DNA from: Candidatus Binatia bacterium
GTDB lineage: Bacteria > Desulfobacterota > Binatia > UBA12015
Direction: 5' to 3'
DNA: 64,000 bases
NCBI GenBank assembly: GCA_035651755.1
Contig: DASRFA010000056.1
Span: 417,846-481,845, forward strand
The notes beneath the pieces are model-generated. The model saw only the letters and a list, made by a program, of their open reading frames with translations, was not told the DNA's origin and did not search any database. The translations under genes were made by a program, and so were the position numbers. Positions 1-8,641 of this stretch are shown piece after piece (within the stretch, counting starts at the first letter, position 1; the number at the start of each line of letters is the position of its first letter).

Positions 1-188
1 CGAGAGCGGCGGCTGCGGCAGGAGGAGCAGGATCTGCCAGAGGCGCGTCCTGGGCCGCTCCGGCGCGTCGGCCTCGCTGCCGGCATCGTCCATGCGGCGG
101 ACTCTAGTGTCCCGCGCCCGCATCCGAAAGCGGCGCCTCCACGCTGGCCTCGCGGAGAGCGGTTCACTAACCCGAAGCGAGTGACCCG

Positions 189-1448
189 GTGCCGGATCGC
201 CCGACGAGCGGGGGGAGCGCTGTGAGCGCGGAGCGCACGTCGGCGGAGCGCCGCCCGGCACGCGTCCTCGCGGTGAGCGAGGCGCAGATCCCGTCCGCGG
301 TCCTGGGCGTGAACGCGGTCTTCGAGCACCTCGCACGGGACGGGCGCTCGTGCGAGCTCCGCGTCGCGACCTCGATCGAGCTCGACCCGCGCGACCTCGC
401 GTGGGCCGACTCCGTCGTGCTCGTGCGCGGCGCCTCTCCGGCCGAGCGCCGCATTCTCGGGGAGGCGCGCCGGCTCGGACGATTCGTCGCGACCTACATG
501 GACGACGACCTCGAGCGCGTGCCGCCGGGCGCGCGCAGCGCGTTCTTCTTCGGGTCCCCGCGCGTCGCCGCCGACATCGCGGCCATCCTGCGCTCGGCCG
601 ATGCGGTCTACGTCTGCAGCGAGCGCCTCGGCGCCGTGCTCTCCGAGCGCCACCGCCGCGCGACGACCCTCCTCCGCCAGCCGCGCCCGCCGCGCCTCCC
701 CGAAGAGCTCGGTCCGCCGCCGTCGGTCGCCGCTGCGACGAACGGCGCCGCGGGCGACGGCGCGCCGATCGCGATCGGCTTCCTCGGGAGCGTCGACCAC
801 ACGGCGTTCATCGAGTCGCTCCTCGCGCGGCCGCTGACGGCGCTCGTGCGCGAGCGTCGCGACTCGCTCCGCCTCGTCTTCTGCGGCGCGAACCCGCCGT
901 TCGCGTGGCAGCTCGACGCGCACTGCGAGTCGTTCGACCTCGACTTCACCGCGTGGCGGAGGCGCGCCTTCGAGCTCGGCATCTCGATCGGGCTGGCACC
1001 GCTGCCCGACACGCCCTTCCACCGCTGCAAGTACTTCAACAAGTACCTCGAGTACGGGTCGCTCGGGATCGTCGGCATCTACTCCGCGGTGCCGCCGAGC
1101 GCCGATGCCGTCGTCGACGGCGAGACCGGCCTCCTCTGCCCCAACGAGCCGGCCGCCTGGAGCGCCGCTCTGCTCCGCCTCGTCGACGATCGGGCGCTGC
1201 GCGCCCGCCTCGCGCGCGCCGCCTACGAGGACGTCGAGCGCCGCTTCTCCGCCGAAGCCCTCGAGCCCGGCTGGCGCGACACCCTCGCCCCCCTCCTCGC
1301 CCACCGCGCCCCCGACATCTCCCGAAGCGCCGTCCGTCTCTGGCACGGCCCCTTCCGCCACGCCCTCGACCGCCTCGCCGTCTACGGCCCCCGCCGCTTC
1401 GCCGAACGAGCCGTCGGCCGCCTCACCGGAAGGCTCCGCCCCGGCTGA
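189..1448 (+). CDS. glycosyltransferase, GT1/GT4-like (group-1 C-terminal domain)
   Basis: The 419-aa ORF has a C-terminal region (GISIGLAPLPD..EYGSLGIVGIYS..GETGLLCP) typical of glycosyltransferase group 1. It lies next to the glycan ABC-export genes. The N-terminus and start are uncertain. Confidence 0.55.
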   Translation: MPDRPTSGGSAVSAERTSAERRPARVLAVSEAQIPSAVLGVNAVFEHLARDGRSCELRVATSIELDPRDLAWADSVVLVRGASPAERRILGEARRLGRFVATYMDDDLERVPPGARSAFFFGSPRVAADIAAILRSADAVYVCSERLGAVLSERHRRATTLLRQPRPPRLPEELGPPPSVAAATNGAAGDGAPIAIGFLGSVDHTAFIESLLARPLTALVRERRDSLRLVFCGANPPFAWQLDAHCESFDLDFTAWRRRAFELGISIGLAPLPDTPFHRCKYFNKYLEYGSLGIVGIYSAVPPSADAVVDGETGLLCPNEPAAWSAALLRLVDDRALRARLARAAYEDVERRFSAEALEPGWRDTLAPLLAHRAPDISRSAVRLWHGPFRHALDRLAVYGPRRFAERAVGRLTGRLRPG

Positions 1449-1555
1449 GCCACGAGCCGCGCCCCGCTGCCCATGAGAAAACAAAAGGGCGCCTCCGACA
1501 GGAGTCGCCGTGCTCGCTCACGCAACGCCCCGCCGCGCGCCGAGCAGCGGGACCG

Positions 1556-2284
1556 TCAAGCGCCGAACGCCGAATACGCCGAGATGACGTCTTCGGTCGG
1601 TCCGTCCATGCGGACCTGGCCCCGATCGAGCCACAGCACGCGCGTGCACGACCGCCGCACCGCCTCCATCGAGTGGCTCACCAGCACGAGGATCGACGCC
1701 CTCTCCACCATCTCGTCGAGCCGCCGCTGCGCCTTCTCCTGGAACCGGATGTCGCCCGACGCGATGACCTCGTCGAGCAGCAGCACGTCCGGGGAGATCG
1801 CCGTCGAGACAGCGAACGCGAGGCGCACGAACATCCCCATCGAGTAGGTCTTGACGGGCCGATCGAGCGCGTCTCCGAGCTCCGTGAAGTCGGCGATCTC
1901 GCGCATGCGGTCCTTGATCTCGTTCGCCGAGAGCCCGAGGAGGAGCCCGCGCGTGCGGATGTTGTCCCAGCCGGTCGCCTCCATCTCGAACCCGGTCGCG
2001 AGCTCGAAGAGGCAGGCGACGTCGCCTTCGACCGTGACGCTGCCGCGCGTCGGCGCGTAGATGCCGCACATGACCTTGAGCAGCGTCGTCTTGCCGGCGC
2101 CGTTCAGGCCGATCACGCCGACGCGCTCGCCGTGGCCGACGTGGACGGCGATCTCGCGCAGCGCCGTCACCGCCTGCGGCGCGTCCGGCCCGCCCGTCCG
2201 GCGGCGCAGCCGGTTCATGCGCTCGCGCAGGCTCCGCGGCCGCGGCGGCGGAAAGGTGAGCGAAACGTCCCGGAGCTCGATCAC
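1556..2284 (-). CDS. ABC transporter ATP-binding protein, Wzt/TagH-like polysaccharide exporter (short form, no C-terminal glycan-binding domain)
   Basis: Walker A GLNGAGKTTLLK, signature YSMGMFVRLAF, Walker B LLLDEV and an H-loop are present. The 242-aa size and its position immediately downstream of an ABC-2 permease fit the assignment. Confidence 0.85.
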   Translation of the reverse strand: MIELRDVSLTFPPPRPRSLRERMNRLRRRTGGPDAPQAVTALREIAVHVGHGERVGVIGLNGAGKTTLLKVMCGIYAPTRGSVTVEGDVACLFELATGFEMEATGWDNIRTRGLLLGLSANEIKDRMREIADFTELGDALDRPVKTYSMGMFVRLAFAVSTAISPDVLLLDEVIASGDIRFQEKAQRRLDEMVERASILVLVSHSMEAVRRSCTRVLWLDRGQVRMDGPTEDVISAYSAFGA

Positions 2285-2318
2285 GGCGCGAGCCCGAGAG
2301 CGGCGGCACGACCGCGGC

Positions 2319-3218
2319 TCACAGCCAGAACACGAGCCGCCGGCGCACGAGCCGGAGCCCGAGGGCCGCGGCGCCGAGCGACGTCGCGAGCGTCAGGGCG
2401 ACGGCGAGGTAGTGCTCGGTCGGCGGGCGGTCGCCGTAGAGGAGCGGGACCTGGACGATGATCATGAGGTGGTAGAGCGGGTTCCACGTGAGCAGCAGCT
2501 GGAGGCCGTGCTGCACGAGCAGCGCCGCCGGAAACATGATCGGCGTCGCGTAGAAAAGGCCCTGCACCCCGACCGACTGGATGTACTGCAGGTCGCGCAC
2601 GGCGGTGTTCAGGATCCCCGACAGGCACGCGAGCGCCAGACCGAACAGGAACCATGCGGCGAGCGCGGGAACGACCCAGAGCCACGCGAGCGTGACGCTC
2701 CCGCCGAACAGCAAGACGACGAGCGCGACCGCGATGAGCCCGAGGAGAAGCGTGACGAACGCCGCGAAGACCATCCGCAGCGGGTACGCGAGCAGAGGCA
2801 CGCGCGCGATCTGCTTGATGTAGCCCTCGGCCGCGACGAACGCGATCGCGCCGCCGTCGAGGCAGGCGACGAAGAACGCCCACAGCGTCAGGTTCAGGAA
2901 GAGGTACGGCAGGAAGGTCGCGAGCTCGACGCGAAAGAGCTTGCCGAACACGGTCCCGATGATCGCCGCCATGCAGAGCGGCGCGACGATCGCCCACACC
3001 ATGCCGAGCATCGTCGACGTGTAGCGGCGCAGGAGGTCGAGCCGCGCGAGCTGCCACGCGATCGAGACCGCGTGCAGGTGCGCCTGCCGCTGGCCGAAGC
3101 GCGCTCGCCCGGAAGGGCTTCCCGGGCGCCGCTCGCGCGCGCGCCTTTCGGATGCGCCGGGCGCGCCTGCGGCGCCGCGCTCGCCCGCGTCGCCCGCGCT
3201 CGCAGGCGCTCCGCTCAC
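2319..3218 (-). CDS. ABC-2 type transporter permease (Wzm/KpsM-like), second copy
   Basis: The C-terminal ~250 aa show six predicted TM segments and the ABC-2 N-terminal motif LARLDLLRRY..LGMVWAIVAPL. The proposed start is a GTG at 3216-3218 that overlaps the upstream GT2 stop (GTGA). The longer 541-aa track ORF is arginine-rich junk upstream. The start call is low confidence. Confidence 0.7.
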   Translation of the reverse strand: MSGAPASAGDAGERGAAGAPGASERRARERRPGSPSGRARFGQRQAHLHAVSIAWQLARLDLLRRYTSTMLGMVWAIVAPLCMAAIIGTVFGKLFRVELATFLPYLFLNLTLWAFFVACLDGGAIAFVAAEGYIKQIARVPLLAYPLRMVFAAFVTLLLGLIAVALVVLLFGGSVTLAWLWVVPALAAWFLFGLALACLSGILNTAVRDLQYIQSVGVQGLFYATPIMFPAALLVQHGLQLLLTWNPLYHLMIIVQVPLLYGDRPPTEHYLAVALTLATSLGAAALGLRLVRRRLVFWL

Positions 3219-4200
3219 TCGAACCACCGCGCGATGTCGTCGCCCGAGCGCCGGCGACGCGTCTGGATCTCGCGCCTCTGCAGGCGCGCGCGCGGCCACA
3301 GCCGCGCGACGTCGACGAGCGCGGGCAGCGAGCTCCACTCGCGGAAGAGGCACCCGCCGACGACCGCAGCGTCGCGCAGCGCGCCGCGCGCGCCGCAGCG
3401 CCGCCACACGGCGGCGTCCGCATTCTTGATGCGCATCAGGAAGCGGTTCTTGACGGAGTGGCGATTCAGCATCGCGGGAAGCTCCCGACGCCGCTCGGGC
3501 AGGACCCGCCGCACGTGGTAGCCGACGGCCGACGGGACGTAAAGGCAGTCCCAGCCGAAGAGGCGCGCGCGCCACGCGACGTCCGCGTCCTCGCGGTACG
3601 CGAAGAACGCCTCGTCGAAGAACTCGCCGCCGATCGCGACGTCCTCGATCATGTCGCGGCGGTAGAGCGCGGCCGCCGCGCTCGCGCCGAAGACCTGCTC
3701 CTCGCGCTCCCACTGGCCGCGGTCGAGGTCGCCGGAGCCGCGGTCGAGGTGGCGGAAAGCGCGCGTGAAGACGATGCCGGTCGAGTCGATGAGGGGCGGG
3801 TCGACGGGTCGAAGGTCGTCGCCGAGGCGGAGGAGCTTGCCGCACAGGGTCCCCAGGCGCACGTCCGCCGCGCGCGCGCGCGCGCCGAGCACGGCGAGGA
3901 ACCCCTCGCCGAGCACGACGTCGGGATTCAGCGTCAGGACCCACGGGCTCCGGGTCAGGCCGATCGCGCGGTTCTGACCGGCCGCGAACCCGACGTTCGC
4001 CGCGCTCGCCTCCACGCGCGACACGACGCGGTGGCGGCGCGCGATCTCCGCGCTCCCGTCGCGCGACGCGTTGTCGACGACGACGACCTCGGCCGGCGGC
4101 GCGCTCTGCGCGGCGAGCGCGTCGAGGCAGGCGCCGAGAAAGCGCGCGCTCTCGAAGCTGACGATCGCAACCGCGATGCCGCCGCCCGGGTCCGCCCCGC
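3215..4200 (-). CDS. glycosyltransferase family 2 (rhamnosyltransferase-like)
   Basis: The N-terminus IAVAIVSFESARFL..VVVVDNASRDGS and a later DAD/YRED-like region are GT2 hallmarks. A GTG start at 4198-4200 overlaps the upstream Wzt stop (GTGA). The 726-aa track ORF is over-extended by an arginine-rich N-terminus. Confidence 0.8.
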
Positions 4201-5469
4201 TCACTCCGCGCGCTCCTGCGCGCGGACCACCGCGATCGGCGGAGCGAGGCGCTCGACCGACGCGCGCACGGGGAGCGCCGCGACCCCGCTGAACTCGGGA
4301 CCCGGTCCGCGCACGACCTGGAAGACGAGAGCGCGGTCCCACCAGTCGTAGTTCGACTCGACGTGCGCGCGATCGGTGTGGAGTGCGACGGTGAGCGAGT
4401 ACGTCCCCGCGCCGATGTCGAGACGGACGTCGAAGGTCGCGACGCACTCGTCTCCGTCGGCGCAGGGCTCCGACCGCACGCCGAGCCCGAAGGTGTTCAC
4501 GCCGAACACGTCGTTGCCGAGGCGGTCGCGCAGGAGCACGCCGACGGTCGGCCGCTCCATGTCGCGGTGCATGCTGAAGCGGACGCGGATGCGCGCGGCC
4601 TCGCCCACCTCGAAGGCGGCGCGCGGCTCGCCGTCGGCGTCCAGCAGCTCGACCGCCGCGATCTCGGCCTCGCGCGTGCCGGAGCGCGTCGACGTCCGGC
4701 CGTGGCGCGCGACCACCTGCACGATCTGCGCGTCGCGCTCCTTCAGCGCGATCATCGCGTTGTAGTAGTCGAAGACGTCGTCGGGCGAGCCGTCGCGCAG
4801 GAGGCGGCCGCGATCGAGGAGGAGCGCGCGGTCGCAGAGCGCCTTCACGGCGCCCGGGTCGTGCGTCACGAAGAGCAGCGTCGTGCCCTGCTCGCGGAAC
4901 GCGCGGATGCGCGCCATCGACTTGTGCTGGAAGTACGCGTCGCCGACCGAGAGGGCCTCGTCGACGATCAGCACGTCGGGGCGCACCGCGGTCGCGACGC
5001 TGAACGCGAGCCTCACCTGCATGCCCGCCGAATACGTCCGCACCGGCTGGTCCATGTGCGCGCCGAGCTCCGAGAAGTCGGCGATCCACGGGAGGCGCTC
5101 GGCGATCGTCGGCTCGTCGAGGCCCATGAGCTGGCAGGAGAGGTGCGCGTTCTGCCAGCCGCTGAACTCGGGATGGATGCCGAGGCCGAGCTCGAGCAGC
5201 GCGGCGACGCGGCCCGCGATCTCGAACGATCCCTCCGAGGCGAGCGTCGTGCCGCAGAGGATCTTCAGGAGCGTGCTCTTGCCGGCGCCGTTCATCCCGA
5301 TGATGCCGACGGACTCCGCGTCGGCGACGTCGAAGGTCACGTCGCGGAGCGCCCACTCGGCCCGGTGCCGCACGACGCGGTCGCCGCTGAGCCACTCGAC
5401 GAGCTGTCCGAGGCGGCTCGAATAGAGCTTGTACTTCTTCCCGAGGCCGCGCGCGCGGATCCTTCCCAC
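4201..5469 (-). CDS. ABC transporter ATP-binding protein Wzt-like with C-terminal glycan-binding (Wzt_C-like) domain
   Basis: An internal GTG start gives VGRIRARGLGKKYKL. Walker A GMNGAGKSTLLK, signature YSAGMQVRLAF and Walker B LIVDEAL are present. An extra ~170-aa C-terminal beta-rich domain is typical of O-antigen Wzt. The N-terminal 230 aa of the track ORF are arginine-rich junk. Confidence 0.85.
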   Translation of the reverse strand: MGRIRARGLGKKYKLYSSRLGQLVEWLSGDRVVRHRAEWALRDVTFDVADAESVGIIGMNGAGKSTLLKILCGTTLASEGSFEIAGRVAALLELGLGIHPEFSGWQNAHLSCQLMGLDEPTIAERLPWIADFSELGAHMDQPVRTYSAGMQVRLAFSVATAVRPDVLIVDEALSVGDAYFQHKSMARIRAFREQGTTLLFVTHDPGAVKALCDRALLLDRGRLLRDGSPDDVFDYYNAMIALKERDAQIVQVVARHGRTSTRSGTREAEIAAVELLDADGEPRAAFEVGEAARIRVRFSMHRDMERPTVGVLLRDRLGNDVFGVNTFGLGVRSEPCADGDECVATFDVRLDIGAGTYSLTVALHTDRAHVESNYDWWDRALVFQVVRGPGPEFSGVAALPVRASVERLAPPIAVVRAQERAE

Positions 5470-5471
5470 GG

Positions 5472-6257
5472 CTAGAGGTGATCGGTCATCTCGCCGGAGA
5501 ACCGGCGGAACATGATGCGGCCGAACGCGAGCGCAGCCAGCGCGAGCACGAGCTGCGGCGCGCAGCCCTTCCAGTCCGGCCAGCGCCCGTGCAGCACGAT
5601 CTCCTGGTACCCGACCGCGATCTCGGTCATGGGGTTGAGCGCGATCAGCGCGCGCGCCCGCTCGCCCAGCACCTGCGCGGGGTAGACGATCGGCGTCAGC
5701 CAGAACCAGAACTGGAGCCCGATCGCGAGGAGGTGAGCCACGTCCCGGAAGAAGACGTTCATGACGCCGAGCGCGATCCCGAGCCCGAGCGCGAGCGACT
5801 GCTGCACCGCGAGGAGCGGAACGAACCCGAGGACCGCCCAGCCGGGGAAGCGCCGGGTCGCGATCAGCAGCGTGACCAGGATCACGAAGACGATCGCGAA
5901 GTGGATCGACGCCGACAGGACGACGATCGCCGGCAGGCTCGCGCGTGGAAAGCTCATCTTCTTCAGCAGGTTGGCCTGCTCGACGAAGACCGTCACGCAG
6001 CGCTGCAGGACCTCGGTGAAGGTCGCCCAGGTGAAGAGCCCGGCGCACAGGAAGAGTCCGTATCCAATCGCATCGTCGACGCCCGGGACGCGGCTCCGCA
6101 TGACCTGGCCGAACACGACGGTGTAGATGAACACCATCGTGAGGGGGTTCAGGACCGCCCACAGGCTGCCGAGGACCGACCCCAGGTAGCGGGCCTGGAA
6201 CTCGCGTTGCGCCATCCCGAGGATGAAGCTGCGATACCGCCAGAGGCTTTGGAGCAT
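5472..6257 (-). CDS. ABC-2 type transporter permease (Wzm-like), first copy
   Basis: An ATG at 6255-6257 (MLQSLWRYRSFILGMAQREFQARY..) matches the ABC-2 N-terminal motif. Six hydrophobic TM segments follow. The stop is 2 nt before the Wzt start. Confidence 0.85.
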   Translation of the reverse strand: MLQSLWRYRSFILGMAQREFQARYLGSVLGSLWAVLNPLTMVFIYTVVFGQVMRSRVPGVDDAIGYGLFLCAGLFTWATFTEVLQRCVTVFVEQANLLKKMSFPRASLPAIVVLSASIHFAIVFVILVTLLIATRRFPGWAVLGFVPLLAVQQSLALGLGIALGVMNVFFRDVAHLLAIGLQFWFWLTPIVYPAQVLGERARALIALNPMTEIAVGYQEIVLHGRWPDWKGCAPQLVLALAALAFGRIMFRRFSGEMTDHL

Positions 6258-6419
6258 ACCGCTCTCCGGCCCGGCGCTACCACTTGCCCCTGCGCCCGGC
6301 AACGCGCGGGCGGCGACGCCGAGCGATCGTTTGCTTTCGGCACCCATCCGACCGCGCCGCCGGCTCGTATCGCAGGTGCAGGCTGAGGAAGCGTCCGGCT
6401 CGACCGAGGGAGACGGAGC

Positions 6420-7007
6420 CTGAACTCGTCGACGATATCCGGGACCGGGTCCGCCGAGGACCGGGCACTGCTCGAGCGAGTCGCGCGCGGCGACGCACCT
6501 GCGCTGCGTGCGCTGTACGATCGCTGCGCGCCGCGCGCGCTCGCGATCGCGCAGCGCGTTCTCGGCGGTCGCGGCGAGGCCGAAGAAGTGGTCCAGGAAA
6601 CGTTCATCCAGGTGTGGCGCCAGGCGGCCAGCTACGATTCCCGGCGCGGCGGCGCGATGGCGTGGATCGCGACCATCGCGCGCAGCCGCGCGATCGACCG
6701 CCTGCGCGCCCGCGCCGCCGCCGGACGCGCCGAGGCCGTCGTCCACGAACCCGATCCGCCGTCCGTACCGGCGCCGCTCGAGATCGCGGAGCAGCGCCAG
6801 CTCCGCGAGCGCGTCCAGGGCGCGCTCGCCGAGCTGCCCGAGGAACAGCGCAGCGTCCTCGAGCTCGCCTATTTCCAGGGGCTTAGCCAGAGCGAGATCG
6901 CGGGCCGGCTCGGCCATCCGCTCGGCACGGTGAAGACACGCGTCCGCCTCGGGCTCGCCAAGCTCGCGAGCCTGCTCGAGGCGCCGCTCGCCGGAGGCCT
7001 CGTGTGA
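6420..7007 (+). CDS. ECF-type RNA polymerase sigma factor (sigma-70 family)
   Basis: Region 2 (EDRALLERVARGD..ALYDRCAPRALAIAQRVLGG..EAEEVVQETFIQVWR) and region 4 (LPEEQRSVLELAYFQGLSQSEIAGRLGHPLGTVKTRV) are present. The first ATG/GTG (6588) falls inside region 2. The frame is open back to a TGA at 6384 with no ATG/GTG/TTG, so a CTG at 6420 preceded by GAGGGAGA is proposed as the start. Confidence 0.75.
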   Translation: MNSSTISGTGSAEDRALLERVARGDAPALRALYDRCAPRALAIAQRVLGGRGEAEEVVQETFIQVWRQAASYDSRRGGAMAWIATIARSRAIDRLRARAAAGRAEAVVHEPDPPSVPAPLEIAEQRQLRERVQGALAELPEEQRSVLELAYFQGLSQSEIAGRLGHPLGTVKTRVRLGLAKLASLLEAPLAGGLV

Positions 7008-7900
7008 ACTGCGCGGAGTTCAAGGACAACGTCGCGGCGCTCGCGATCGGAGCGCTCGAGCCGGCGGAGCGCGCGGCGTGCGAGGAGCACCTCGCGCGGC
7101 CCGGCGCGCACGACGGCTGCCACGACGAGCTCGGCCGTGCGATGGAGACCGCGACGCTGCTGGCGGCGTCGCTGCCCCCGGTTCGGCCTTCGCCCGATCT
7201 CTGGCTGCGCATCGAGTCGGCGATCGCGGAGCCGACGGGCGAGGCCTCGCACGCGATCGACGGGAAGCGGACGGCGACCGCTTCGCGCGCCGCCGCGGCA
7301 CCGGGCCGCGAGTCGCCCGACCGCGCATCGCGGCGTCCCGCATGGCGCGAGGTGATCGCATGGAACCTCGCCGCGGCCGCGGCCGCGGTCGCGTTCGTGA
7401 TGGGCGTCGAGCGGCGTCATGCCGACCGAGCGCTCGGCGAAGCGGAGCACGAGCTCGCGCGCGTCGAGAACGTGGACCTGCAGCGCCAGCAGTGCCTGAA
7501 CGAGCTCGCGAGCGCGCGCATCGCGCTCCGCCAGAAGGCGGCGGCGATCTCGCTGATCGGCGACCCGCGGACGCAGCTCGTGCAGCTCGCGCCCCAGGGC
7601 GGAGCGCCCTACCGCGCGAGCGCGATCGTCAACTCGGACGTTCCGAACGCGATGGTCCTCGCGAGCTCGCTCACGCCGCAAGAGGGCAAGGACTACCAGC
7701 TCTGGCTCATCCGCGGGAACGAGAAGATCTCGGCCGGCCTCCTGCACGCCGACCCGACCGGCGCGACGATCGCCGCCGTGCCGCGCGACGTCCTCGCCGG
7801 AGGACGCCCGGACGCGTTCGCGATCACGATCGAGCCCGCGGGCGGTGCCCCGCAGCCGACGGGGCCGATCGTGCTGGTCGGAGCTCTCCCGAAAACGTGA
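7004..7900 (+). CDS. anti-sigma factor, RskA-like (zinc-finger N-domain, TM, C-terminal RskA-type domain)
   Basis: A GTG start overlaps the sigma stop (GTGA). The N-terminal motif ACEEHL....HDGCHDEL is an anti-sigma zinc-binding HxxxCxxC type. A TM helix AAAAAVAFVMGV is present. The C-terminus carries YQLWLI, typical of RskA. Confidence 0.7.
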   Translation: MNCAEFKDNVAALAIGALEPAERAACEEHLARPGAHDGCHDELGRAMETATLLAASLPPVRPSPDLWLRIESAIAEPTGEASHAIDGKRTATASRAAAAPGRESPDRASRRPAWREVIAWNLAAAAAAVAFVMGVERRHADRALGEAEHELARVENVDLQRQQCLNELASARIALRQKAAAISLIGDPRTQLVQLAPQGGAPYRASAIVNSDVPNAMVLASSLTPQEGKDYQLWLIRGNEKISAGLLHADPTGATIAAVPRDVLAGGRPDAFAITIEPAGGAPQPTGPIVLVGALPKT

Positions 7901-7914
7901 CCGGGGGTCCCCCG

Positions 7915-8361
7915 TCAGGCCGCCAGCACACGCTCCAGGCGTCGCGCGATCTCCGCTTTCGACTGCAGGCCGACGATGCGATCCACCTCGCGGCCGTCGC
8001 GCATCAGGAGCAAGGTCGGAATGCTCTGGAGGCGGAAGCGCGAGGCCGTCGCGGGGTTCTCGTCGACGTTGAGCTTCGCGAACCGGACGCGACCCGCGTG
8101 CTCGGCCGCGAGCTGGTCGATCGCGGGAGCGATCGCGCGGCAGGGCGCGCACCACGGCGCCCAGGCGTCGACGAGCACGGGAAGCGGGGAGCGCTCGACC
8201 GTTTCCGCGAACGTCGAGTCCGTGACCGCGAAGGGCCGCGTCTCGAGGAGCGGGCGCTTGCAGCGCCCGCAGCGCGGCGCGAGGCCGGCCGCGAGCTTCG
8301 CGCGCGGCACGCGGTTCGTCGTGCCGCACGCGGGGCATCGCATCAGCTCGGCATCGGGCAT
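7915..8361 (-). CDS. trxC: thioredoxin 2 (N-terminal CxxC..CxxC zinc finger plus thioredoxin fold WCAPC)
   Basis: Starting at the internal ATG gives MPDAELMRCPACGTTNRV..CGRCKRPL followed by a thioredoxin domain with active site WAPWCAPC. The 193-aa track ORF has an arginine/proline-rich artefactual extension. Confidence 0.8.
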   Translation of the reverse strand: MPDAELMRCPACGTTNRVPRAKLAAGLAPRCGRCKRPLLETRPFAVTDSTFAETVERSPLPVLVDAWAPWCAPCRAIAPAIDQLAAEHAGRVRFAKLNVDENPATASRFRLQSIPTLLLMRDGREVDRIVGLQSKAEIARRLERVLAA

Positions 8362-8434
8362 CGAACCCAGGTTAGCGCGGCCGCCGCGTCGAACCATGGG
8401 CGTGCGCGCCGGGCTTGGTCGCGGCGACGCAACG

Positions 8435-8611
8435 GGGCTAGGAGTCTGTCCGAGTAAGGGCATGGGAGCGAGAAGCGCGAGGCGCCGCGAGCGCAAGGCG
8501 CCGAGACCGAAGGCGTATCCGCTGCGATACGTCGAGGGCTCGGCAACGCAGCGATCGCGGATGCATCGCGCTTCGCAGCCCCATGGCGTTACTCGGACAG
8601 GCTCCTAGGAC
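8435..8611. repeat. imperfect inverted repeat (~29-bp arms, ~110-bp spacer) in the trxC/SDR divergent intergenic region
   Basis: The left arm ggctaggagtctgtccgagtaagggcatggg (8435-8467) pairs with the reverse complement of ccccatggcgttactcggacaggctcctagga (8578-8611), with 3 mismatches. Confidence 0.6.
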
Positions 8612-8641
8612 ACTTCCAGGGTCGCCGGAAGGAGAGACGCG

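Noticed and set aside
350-2461. 703-aa arginine/proline-rich ORF on the + strand
   Set aside because: It is a typical high-GC antisense or out-of-frame artefact with extreme Arg/Pro bias and no domain. It overlaps the real GT and ABC ATPase genes.
3215-5395. 726-aa and 653-aa long forms of the GT2 and Wzt ORFs (3215..5395 and 4201..6162)
   Set aside because: Their N-terminal halves are arginine-rich and overlap the upstream real genes. Internal GTG starts that overlap the upstream stop codons (GTGA) give proteins of canonical length with canonical N-terminal motifs.
6284-6933. Alternative-frame ORFs (6284..6886 and 6508..6933) overlapping the ECF sigma gene
   Set aside because: Only the frame containing regions 2 and 4 gives sigma-factor sequence. 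These frames give Arg-rich low-complexity products.
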